Shown: positions 21,358 to 28,812 of the stretch, in pieces
How positions within the stretch are numbered: position 1 is the first letter of the stretch
Layout of the letters: each line of letters opens with the position of its first letter
Assembly: GCA_035252585.1 (NCBI GenBank)
Contig: DATFCX010000010.1
Coordinates: 483-64,482 of the forward strand
DNA length: 64,000 nucleotides
Source of the DNA: Gaiellaceae bacterium
GTDB taxonomy: Bacteria > Actinomycetota > Thermoleophilia > Gaiellales > Gaiellaceae
Reading direction: 5' to 3'
Position numbers and translations under genes: made by a program
The notes under the pieces: generated by a model
Database searches by the model: none
What the model was told of the DNA's origin: nothing
What the model saw: the letters and a program-made list of their open reading frames with translations, nothing else

Positions 21358-21912
21358 GTGCGCTCGGCCGACGTCGTCGACCGGCTCGCGGCCGCGAAGA
21401 TCGGCGGGACCTACAACCAGTACGCGGCTTCGCAGCTTCTGCGCGAACGGCTGTGCGGGTATCTCGAGTCCGCAGCCGGCGCGCAGGTCGTCCTCGTGGG
21501 CGAGGCCGCCGGCTATCGCGGCGCCCGCGTGAGCGGGATTCCGTTCACCTCCGAGCGGCAGCTCACCGGCTCCGGCCCGGCGGAGGCGACCGCGACGATC
21601 GTCCACCGTGTCCTAGCGCAGCTCGGCGTCGCGGACGAGGTCTTGCTCTGGAACGTGGTCCCGACGCACCCGGGCAGCGAGACCTCGAACCGTCGGCCGA
21701 CACGCGGGGAGGTCGAGGCGGCTGCGCCGTTCCTCCACGAGGTGACCCGCGGACGCGTCACGATCGGCGTCGGGCGGATCGCCGCGGCGGCTCTCGACGC
21801 ACCGTACGTCCGGCATCCGTCGCACGGCGGAGCGGCGGCTTTCGAAGAGGGATTGCGCCGGGCTTTCGCTACAATCGGCCGCCGGCGGGCTCCTGTCCGC
21901 CGCTTTCTATGA
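21358..21912 (+). CDS. uracil-DNA glycosylase superfamily protein
   Basis: GTG 21358 lies 2 nt after the cyclase stop. [21 protein letters not shown] (motif A-like GE-x-x-G...G-x-PF) and VRHPSHGG (motif B HPS). The stop overlaps the rplM ATG (ATGA). Confidence 0.7.
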   Translation: MRSADVVDRLAAAKIGGTYNQYAASQLLRERLCGYLESAAGAQVVLVGEAAGYRGARVSGIPFTSERQLTGSGPAEATATIVHRVLAQLGVADEVLLWNVVPTHPGSETSNRRPTRGEVEAAAPFLHEVTRGRVTIGVGRIAAAALDAPYVRHPSHGGAAAFEEGLRRAFATIGRRRAPVRRFL

Positions 21913-22343
21913 AGACCTACAGCGCCAAGCCGGGAGAAGTCACGCGCGAGTGGTATCTCGTCGACGCCGAGGGCAAGACGCTCGGCCGGCTCGCCACGCA
22001 GATCGCCGACACGCTCCGCGGCAAGCGGAAGCCGCAGTACACGCCGCACGTCGACACCGGCGACTTCGTGGTCGTCGTCAACGCCGAGAAGATCCAGGTG
22101 ACCGGCAACAAGCTCGACCAGAAGCGGTACTACCGCCACTCGGGCTATCCGGGCGGCCTCCGCAGCCGGACGCTCCGCGACCAGCTCGAGCGCCGGCCGA
22201 CCGAGGTGCTCCGCGTCGCGGTCAAGGGGATGCTTCCGAAGAACCGGCTCGCGCGACAGCAGATCACGAAGCTGAAGATCTACGCCGGTCCCGAGCATCC
22301 GCACGAGGCCCAGAACCCGAAGCCGCTGGAGACCGAGCAGTGA
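21909..22343 (+). CDS. rplM: 50S ribosomal protein L13
   Basis: [33 protein letters not shown]...[13 protein letters not shown] 21909 within track ORF 21453-22343. Confidence 0.95.
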   Translation: MKTYSAKPGEVTREWYLVDAEGKTLGRLATQIADTLRGKRKPQYTPHVDTGDFVVVVNAEKIQVTGNKLDQKRYYRHSGYPGGLRSRTLRDQLERRPTEVLRVAVKGMLPKNRLARQQITKLKIYAGPEHPHEAQNPKPLETEQ

Positions 22344-22373
22344 GCCAGATCGCCCAATGAGCCAGATCGCACA
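22340..22373 (+). repeat. 17-nt tandem duplication spanning the rplM stop and rpsI start
   Basis: GTGAGCCAGATCGCCCA (22340-22356) is followed directly by ATGAGCCAGATCGCACA (22357-22373), 15/17 identical. The second copy carries the rpsI ATG. Confidence 0.85.
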
Positions 22374-22752
22374 GTACCGCGGTACCGGCAAGCGCAAGAC
22401 GTCGGTCGCGCGGGTCATCCTGCGCCCCGGTGACGGCTCGACGTGGGTCAACGGCCGCACGCTCGAGGAGTACTTCCCGCGCTCCGTGTGGCAGACGATC
22501 GCGGTCTCGCCGCTCAAGGTTGCCGGCCTCGAGGGCCAGTACGACCTCCGCGTCCGCGTGCACGGCGGAGGCCTGACCGGCCAGGCGGGAGCCGTGCGTC
22601 ACGGCATCGCCCGCGCGCTCGTCGAGGCGAATCCGGAGCTGCGCGTGCCGCTCAAGCGCGAGGGCTTCCTCACGCGCGACGCACGCCAGGTCGAGCGCAA
22701 GAAGGCCGGCCTGCACAAGGCGCGCAAGGCACCGCAGTTCTCGAAGCGCTGA
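22357..22752 (+). CDS. rpsI: 30S ribosomal protein S9
   Basis: [14 protein letters not shown]...[19 protein letters not shown]...[24 protein letters not shown]. Confidence 0.95.
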   Translation: MSQIAQYRGTGKRKTSVARVILRPGDGSTWVNGRTLEEYFPRSVWQTIAVSPLKVAGLEGQYDLRVRVHGGGLTGQAGAVRHGIARALVEANPELRVPLKREGFLTRDARQVERKKAGLHKARKAPQFSKR

Positions 22753-22765
22753 GCGCCGAGTCGCG

Positions 22766-23161
22766 GTGACGCGGTTCGTCCTCGACTGCGAGACGCTGCT
22801 GCGTATCGCGGCCGGCGAGCTCGAGGTCGCAGCCGGGCACAGGCTCGTCGCGCCGGCGCTCGTCCGCTCCCAGGCGCTGTCCGCGCTCTACGAGGCGGCG
22901 CGCCGCGGCGAGATCTCGCGCGCCGAAGGCCTCGAGCGAGTGCGACGGATCAACTCGCTCAAGGTCCGCTTCCTCGGAGACAAGGTGCTCCAGCAGCAGG
23001 CTTGGAAGGTCGCCGAGCAGCTCGGCTGGGAGACGACCTACGCCGCCGAGTACGTGGCGCTGACGACGTTGCAGGCGGATGCGTTCGTGACCTCCGACTC
23101 CGAGCTCGCGCAGTCCGTCTCCGGCCTCGTGCCCACGGCGACGCCCGACGCGCTCGGCTAG
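22766..23161 (+). CDS. PIN-domain-like protein (VapC-like fold, atypical acidic residues), no cognate antitoxin gene seen
   Basis: N-terminal FVLDCETLL (PIN strand 1 with Asp) and C-terminal TYAAEYVALTTLQADAFVTSDSEL (PIN helix plus the final T-x-D motif). GTG start 13 nt after rpsI. Tentative. Confidence 0.5.
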   Translation: MTRFVLDCETLLRIAAGELEVAAGHRLVAPALVRSQALSALYEAARRGEISRAEGLERVRRINSLKVRFLGDKVLQQQAWKVAEQLGWETTYAAEYVALTTLQADAFVTSDSELAQSVSGLVPTATPDALG

Positions 23162-23802
23162 CGCAGCCGCTCGAGGCTCTCCAGGAGCAGGTCGAGCCCG
23201 TACTCGAACGCCGGAACCTCCTTGTGCGGACCGTCCCCGAGGTGCTGCAGCGCGTGCTCGTTGAGGTGCGGGTAGGTCGCGACCGGGACCGTGCGCTCGA
23301 TGAAGGCGCGCACGTCGTCGATCTCGGGCGGGGTCGAGCCGTGTGCCGCCTGCCACAGGGAGAAGCCGATGATGTGGGCGTCGAGGACGTGGTAGGCGTG
23401 GTACGTCGTCTCGGCCGAGAAGCCCGCGTTCCGAAGCGCTCCGAGCAGTGCGTCCATGAACTCCAGCCGCGCCGGTCGGATCCTGGGCGTCGTCAGCAGC
23501 GTCGCCGCCCACGGGTGACGGATGAGCGCCTCGTGCGCCGCCAGGGAGCTCGTCCGGATCGCGGGAAGCCCGCCGTCGACGTCCGGAGGCTTCATCTCGG
23601 CGAGCACGAGGTCGAGGATCCCGTCCAGCAGGTCGTCCTTGTTCGAGACGTGGTTGTAGAGCGACATCGCCTCGTACCCGAGCGCCTGGCCGAGCCGCCG
23701 CATCGAGAGCGCGTCGATGCCCTGCTCGTCGACGAGATCGAGCGCGGCCTCGAGGATGCGCTCGCGGTTCAGGGGCTTGCGTCTCGTCGTGGCCATTGAC
23801 AT
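23158..23802 (-). CDS. TetR/AcrR family transcriptional regulator
   Basis: REAILEAALDLVDEQGIDALSMRRLGQALGYEAMSLYNHVSNKDDLL is a TetR HTH. 214 aa. Confidence 0.85.
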   Translation of the reverse strand: MSMATTRRKPLNRERILEAALDLVDEQGIDALSMRRLGQALGYEAMSLYNHVSNKDDLLDGILDLVLAEMKPPDVDGGLPAIRTSSLAAHEALIRHPWAATLLTTPRIRPARLEFMDALLGALRNAGFSAETTYHAYHVLDAHIIGFSLWQAAHGSTPPEIDDVRAFIERTVPVATYPHLNEHALQHLGDGPHKEVPAFEYGLDLLLESLERLR

Positions 23803-23823
23803 AGCTTACGCTGTATGTCATCT

Positions 23824-23845
23824 TACGCCGTAAACTTACGGCGTA
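23824..23845. promoter_or_regulatory. perfect 10-2-10 palindrome, candidate TetR operator
   Basis: TACGCCGTAA-AC-TTACGGCGTA sits in the 57-nt divergent intergenic region between the TetR gene and the oxidoreductase gene. A third related half-site, GCTTACGCTGTATG, is at 23805-23818. Confidence 0.6.
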
Positions 23846-23859
23846 TGGAGGAGACGAAC

Positions 23860-24822
23860 ATGATGAAGGCGCTCGTTCGGCACCGGTACGGCGGCCCTGG
23901 AGTGGTGCGCGTCGAAGAGGTGGAGAGGCCCGCGCTGGAGGACGATCGCGTCCTGGTCCGTGTCCATGCGAGCTCGCTCAACAAGGCCGACTGGCACGAG
24001 CTGCGCGGCTGGCCGCGCGTCCTGCGCCCCATCACCCGCGGCGGCGTGCTGCGTCCGAAGAGTCCGCTGCTCGGCTGCGACTTCGCCGGAGTGGTGGAGG
24101 AGGTCGGGAAGGACGTGACCGATCTCGCTCCCGGCGACGAGGCGTTCGGCGTCCGCAGCGGCTCGTTCGCCGAGTACGTGAGCGCGGCCAACGTCGTCCG
24201 CAAGCCGGCCAACGTCTCGTTCGAAGAGGCGGCGACGATGGGGATCGCGGGCCTGACCGCGCTCCAGGGACTCCGGGATCACGCCCGGCTCCGGGCCGGC
24301 GAGCGCGTGCTCGTCAACGGCGCTTCGGGTGGAGTCGGGACGCTCGCCGTCCAGATCGCGAAGGCGTTCGGCGCGCACGTGACCGCGGTGTGCAGCACGC
24401 GCAACGTCGAGCAGGGGCGCGCCCTGGGGGCCGACCGCGTCCTCGACTACACCCGCGAGGACTTCACGCGCGAGGGAGAGCGGTACGACCTGATCGCCGA
24501 CGTCGCAGGCGGCCAATCGTGGTTCGCGCTGCGCCGCGCGCTGAGGCCGGAGGGCCGGCTCGTGGTCGTTGGGGCGCACGGGAGCCGTGGCCCGCTGAGG
24601 CACATCGCGGCCGTCAAGCTCGCGTCGCTCCGAAGCGAGCAGGAGGTCAAGTTCTTCATCGCGAAGCTCAACAAGCCCGACCTCCAGACGCTCGCCGACC
24701 TGCTCGAGAGCGGCCGGCTGAGGCCGGCGATCGACCGGACGTACGACCTCGCCGAGGCGCAAGACGCACTGCGCACGTTCGGCGAAGGGCACGTCCGCGG
24801 CAAGCTCGTGCTCACCATGTAA
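23860..24822 (+). CDS. zinc-type/MDR NAD(P)H-dependent oxidoreductase (quinone oxidoreductase-like)
   Basis: MMKALVRHRYGGPG..., VNGASGGVGTLAVQIAK Rossmann motif, and C-terminal GHVRGKLVL. ATG 23860 was chosen because GGAGGAG lies 6 nt upstream (the track starts at 23815). Confidence 0.8.
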   Translation: MMKALVRHRYGGPGVVRVEEVERPALEDDRVLVRVHASSLNKADWHELRGWPRVLRPITRGGVLRPKSPLLGCDFAGVVEEVGKDVTDLAPGDEAFGVRSGSFAEYVSAANVVRKPANVSFEEAATMGIAGLTALQGLRDHARLRAGERVLVNGASGGVGTLAVQIAKAFGAHVTAVCSTRNVEQGRALGADRVLDYTREDFTREGERYDLIADVAGGQSWFALRRALRPEGRLVVVGAHGSRGPLRHIAAVKLASLRSEQEVKFFIAKLNKPDLQTLADLLESGRLRPAIDRTYDLAEAQDALRTFGEGHVRGKLVLTM

Positions 24823-24841
24823 GCCGCTATCGTCCCGCGCC

Positions 24842-26107
24842 GTGGCGCGGCAGCACTTCGGAACCGACGGCGTCCGCGGCGTCGTCGGCGAGACGCTCAC
24901 CGCCGACCTCGTCGAGCGGCTGGGCAGGGCGGCGGCGCTCTGGTGCGAGCGGGGACGGGTCTTCGTCGGACGAGACACGCGAGGCAGCGGCCCGGAGCTC
25001 GAGCAGGCGTTCGCAGCCGGCTTCGCGTCCGCGGGAGGCACCGCCGTCCTCGGCGGGGTGCTGCCGACGCCGGCGGTCGCGCTGCTCCGGCTCGACCTCG
25101 CGGCGGTCATCTCGGCTTCGCACAACCCGCCGGAGTACAACGGCGTCAAGTTCTTCGACCGCGAGGGCCGCAAGCTGAGCGACGCCGCCGAGGAGGAGAT
25201 CGAGGCGCTTCTCGACGCTCCGGCCGACGGCTCCGGCGAGATCGATCGCGTCGACGTCGCGGCGGACAGCTACCTCGAACACGTGCTCGAACGCTTCGGG
25301 ACGGATCTGAGCGGCCTGCGGATCGCGGTCGACTGCGCGAACGGCGCCTACGCGGGCCTGGCGCCGCAGGCCTTCGAGCAGCTCGGCGCGGACGTCGCCG
25401 CGATCGGCAACGAGCCGGACGGGACGAACGTCAACGTCGGCTGCGGGGCGACCGATCTCCGCGCGCTCGCCGATCTCGTCCGTGACGGCGGCTTCGACCT
25501 CGGGGTGGCCTTCGACGGCGACGGCGACCGGATGCTCGCCGTCGACGAGCGGGGCGAACCGGTCGACGGCGACCAGATCCTCGCGGTCCTCGCGCTCGAC
25601 CTCGGCGTCGACGGAGTCGCCGTCACCACGATGGCCAACCTCGGCTTCCATCGCCTGATGGAGGAGCGCGGCGTCCGCGTCGTCGTCACCGACGTCGGCG
25701 ACCGCTACGTCCTCGAGGCGCTTCGACGCGAGGATCTGCTGCTGGGCGGCGAGCAGTCCGGCCACCTGATCTGGCTCGACGGCCACGTGACCGGGGACGG
25801 CCTCGTCGCCGGGCTCCTCCTCTGCCGCGCGCTCCACGGACAGAAGCTCTCCGAGGCGGTCGCGGTCATGCCGCGCTTCCCCCAGGCGACGCGCAACCTG
25901 CCGCGGACCGGCGGCGGCCCGCTCCCCGGCGAGCTGCTCGCGGCGGTCGAGAGCGTCAACGCCGAGCTGGACGGTTCGGGGCGCGTCCTCGTCCGGCCGT
26001 CCGGCACCGAGCCGGTCGTTCGCGTCCTGGCCGAGGCCGAGACGCCGGAGGCCGCGGAAGACCTCTGTGCTAGGATCGCCGCCCTGGTGACACACGAGCT
26101 CGGCTGA
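24842..26107 (+). CDS. glmM: phosphoglucosamine mutase
   Basis: FGTDGVRG and the phosphoserine loop SASHNPPEYNGVKFF, GVAFDGDGDR, GGEQSGH. Confidence 0.9.
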   Translation: MARQHFGTDGVRGVVGETLTADLVERLGRAAALWCERGRVFVGRDTRGSGPELEQAFAAGFASAGGTAVLGGVLPTPAVALLRLDLAAVISASHNPPEYNGVKFFDREGRKLSDAAEEEIEALLDAPADGSGEIDRVDVAADSYLEHVLERFGTDLSGLRIAVDCANGAYAGLAPQAFEQLGADVAAIGNEPDGTNVNVGCGATDLRALADLVRDGGFDLGVAFDGDGDRMLAVDERGEPVDGDQILAVLALDLGVDGVAVTTMANLGFHRLMEERGVRVVVTDVGDRYVLEALRREDLLLGGEQSGHLIWLDGHVTGDGLVAGLLLCRALHGQKLSEAVAVMPRFPQATRNLPRTGGGPLPGELLAAVESVNAELDGSGRVLVRPSGTEPVVRVLAEAETPEAAEDLCARIAALVTHELG

Positions 26108-26197
26108 CCCGCCCGCGACGCAGCGGTCGGGCCATGAGGCCGGGCTCTTCGTGTTTTCAGAAAGGGTTTTTCGCGCCCAGCGGGGAAAGGAGCAGAC

Positions 26198-28024
26198 GTG
26201 TGCGGAATCATCGGATACGTCGGGTCACGTGACGCAAAGCCGCTGCTCCTGGAGGGTTTGCGCCGCCTCGAGTACCGCGGCTACGACTCGGCCGGGGTCG
26301 CGCTGCGCGAGGAGGACGGACTCGACTACGTGCGCGCCGTCGGCAACCTCCGCAACCTCGTCGAGGCGGCCGGAACCAACGAATCCCACTCCCGGCACGG
26401 CCTCGGCCACACGCGCTGGGCGACGCACGGCGGTGTGACCGAGCGCAATGCCCATCCGCTCAGCGGCTGCGAGCCGGGACGGCTGGCGATCGTCCTCAAC
26501 GGGATCATCGAGAACTACGTCGAGCTGCGCGAGCAGCTGGCCGAGCGCGGCCATGTCCTCACCTCCGAGACCGACGCCGAGGTGGTAGTCCACCTGCTCG
26601 AGGAGGAGTACGACGGCGACCTCGCGCAGGCGCTCGTCCGCGTCTACCCCAAGCTCGAGGGACATTTCTCGATCGTCGCGATCCACCACGACCAGCCCGA
26701 CGTGCTCGCCGGCGTCCGGCACCAGACCCCGCTCGTCGTCGGGCTCGGGGACGGCGAGAACTTCCTCGCCTCCTCGATCGCCGCCTTCCTCAGCGAGACG
26801 CGCACCGTCATGCATCCGCGAGACGGCGAGGTGGTCGAGATCACCCCGCACGGCGTGCGCTTCCTCGCCGACGGCGGTGAGGTCGAGGCACCCGAGCGGC
26901 AGGAGATCGACTGGGACGAGGAGAGCGCCGAGAAGGCCGGGTTCGAGACGTTCATGCTCAAGGAGATCTGGGAGCAGCCCGAGGCGGTGGCCGAGACGAT
27001 CGGAGACCGCGTCCGCGGCCACAGGCTCGTGCTCGAGGCGCTCGGCATGAGCGAGCTCGAGGTTCGCAATCTCCGCCGGATCGTGGTCGTCGCCTGCGGC
27101 ACGGCCTACCACGCCGGCGTCGTGGGCCGCTACATCCTCGAGGAATGGGCACGCGTCCCGGTCGAGCCCGACATCGCGAGCGAGTGGATCTACCGCAACC
27201 CGGTGCTGTCGAAGGACACGCTCGTGATCGGCATCTCCCAGTCCGGCGAGACGCGCGACACCGTCAACGCCGTCAAGCTCGCGCGCGAGAGCGGCGCCCG
27301 CACCCTCGCGATCACGAACCTCATGGGCACGCAGATCACCCGCGAGGCCGAGGCGACGCTCTACACCCGCTGCGGGATGGAGGTCGGCGTCGCCGCCTCC
27401 AAGACGTTCACCGCGCAGGTCGCGCTGCTCAGCCTGCTCGCGCTCAAGCTCGCCGAGATCCGGCGGACGCTGCCGCAGGACGAGATCGACTTCATCCTCG
27501 ACCGCCTGCACGAGCTGCCGCAGAAGATGCGCGAGTTCCTCGACGGCGACCACCCGATCGAGCAGATCGCACAGCGCTTCCACACCGAGCCGTTCTTCCT
27601 CTACCTCGGGCGCCACATCGGCCTGCCCGTCGCGCTCGAGGGCGCGCTCAAGCTGAAGGAGATCTCGTACATCCCGACCGAGGCGTACTCGGCCGGCGAG
27701 ATGAAGCACGGGCCGATCGCCCTGCTCGCCGAGGGGACGCCCGTCGTCGTCGTGGCGACGAACATCCACGTCTACGACAAGATCGTCTCCAACATCCAGG
27801 AGACCCGGGCCCGCGGCGCGCACGTGATCGCGATCGCGACCGACGGCAACGAGGACATCCAGCACCACGCCGACGACGTGATCTACGTGCCGCGGACGCC
27901 GAACTTCCTCCAGGCGTCGCTCGCCGTGATCCCGCTGCAGCTCCTCGCCTACCGCATCGCGCGGCTCCGCGGGCTCAACGTCGACCAGCCGCGGAACCTG
28001 GCGAAGACCGTCACGGTGGAGTAA
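26198..28024 (+). CDS. glmS: glutamine--fructose-6-phosphate aminotransferase
   Basis: The start is GTG (initiator Met) followed by Cys: (M)CGIIGYVG, the Ntn-Cys. Two SIS domains (GISQSGETRDT) and C-terminal NLAKTVTVE. SD GAAAGGAG upstream. Confidence 0.95.
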   Translation: MCGIIGYVGSRDAKPLLLEGLRRLEYRGYDSAGVALREEDGLDYVRAVGNLRNLVEAAGTNESHSRHGLGHTRWATHGGVTERNAHPLSGCEPGRLAIVLNGIIENYVELREQLAERGHVLTSETDAEVVVHLLEEEYDGDLAQALVRVYPKLEGHFSIVAIHHDQPDVLAGVRHQTPLVVGLGDGENFLASSIAAFLSETRTVMHPRDGEVVEITPHGVRFLADGGEVEAPERQEIDWDEESAEKAGFETFMLKEIWEQPEAVAETIGDRVRGHRLVLEALGMSELEVRNLRRIVVVACGTAYHAGVVGRYILEEWARVPVEPDIASEWIYRNPVLSKDTLVIGISQSGETRDTVNAVKLARESGARTLAITNLMGTQITREAEATLYTRCGMEVGVAASKTFTAQVALLSLLALKLAEIRRTLPQDEIDFILDRLHELPQKMREFLDGDHPIEQIAQRFHTEPFFLYLGRHIGLPVALEGALKLKEISYIPTEAYSAGEMKHGPIALLAEGTPVVVVATNIHVYDKIVSNIQETRARGAHVIAIATDGNEDIQHHADDVIYVPRTPNFLQASLAVIPLQLLAYRIARLRGLNVDQPRNLAKTVTVE

Positions 28025-28059
28025 GAGCTCCGGCCGCGCGGCTGCGGCAAGATCGACCG

Positions 28060-28773
28060 GTGAGCACCGACTACGACGGGATGGCGGGCAGCTACGAGGA
28101 GCACGCCGCCCACAGCCCCTACAACGCGCATTACGACCGGCCGGCGGTGCTCGAGCTCGTCGGCGAGGTCGCCGGGATGCGCGTGCTCGACGCCGGCTGC
28201 GGCCCGGGGCTCTACGGCGAGGAACTGATCGCCCGCGGCGCCGATCTCGTCGCCCTGGACGGATCGACCGCGATGGTCGAGCTCGCCCGGAAGCGACTGG
28301 GCCCGCAGACGCCGGTGCTCCACGTCGACCTCGCCGATCCGCTCCCGTTTGCCGAGTCGGAGTTCGAGCTGATCGTCTGCGCCCTCGTGATCCACCATCT
28401 CGACGACCGAGAAGCATGTCTGCGGGAGTTCTTCCGGGTGCTCAGGCCCGGCGGTCACGTCGTCCTCTCGACCCAGCACCCGACGACGGACTGGCTGCGC
28501 AAGGGCGGCTCGTACTTCGAGACGACGGAGGAGGAAGACTCCTGGCACAGGGGTGACGCCGCCTACACGGTTCGCTTCTGGCGCGAGCCGCTCACTGCGT
28601 TCTGCGCCGCGATCTCGAACGCCGGATTCTTGATCGAGCGGCTCGTCGAGCCGTTACCCACCCAGACGATGCGCGAGCGCTGGCCGGAGCACTGGGAGAA
28701 GCTCCGGCGAGAGCCGGGCTTCCTCGTCCTTCGTCTCGCGAAGCCGCCTGGAAATATCTCCGGATCGAGCTAG
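28060..28773 (+). CDS. class I SAM-dependent methyltransferase
   Basis: GTG 28060 within track ORF 27145-28773. RVLDAGCGPGLYG motif I, LVALDGS, LRPGGHVVLST. Confidence 0.8.
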   Translation: MSTDYDGMAGSYEEHAAHSPYNAHYDRPAVLELVGEVAGMRVLDAGCGPGLYGEELIARGADLVALDGSTAMVELARKRLGPQTPVLHVDLADPLPFAESEFELIVCALVIHHLDDREACLREFFRVLRPGGHVVLSTQHPTTDWLRKGGSYFETTEEEDSWHRGDAAYTVRFWREPLTAFCAAISNAGFLIERLVEPLPTQTMRERWPEHWEKLRREPGFLVLRLAKPPGNISGSS

Positions 28774-28812
28774 CCTCCCGAGCCAGGTGGCGACTTTGTC
28801 GGAGTCGACGGT

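Noticed and set aside
26108-26197. Possible glmS ribozyme or terminator in the glmM-glmS spacer.
   Set aside because: The spacer is only 90 nt, shorter than the ribozyme core as I remember it. I see none of its conserved core sequence. The only hairpin (GGCC-ATGA-GGCC) is 4 bp, too weak to call, despite the following T-rich stretch.
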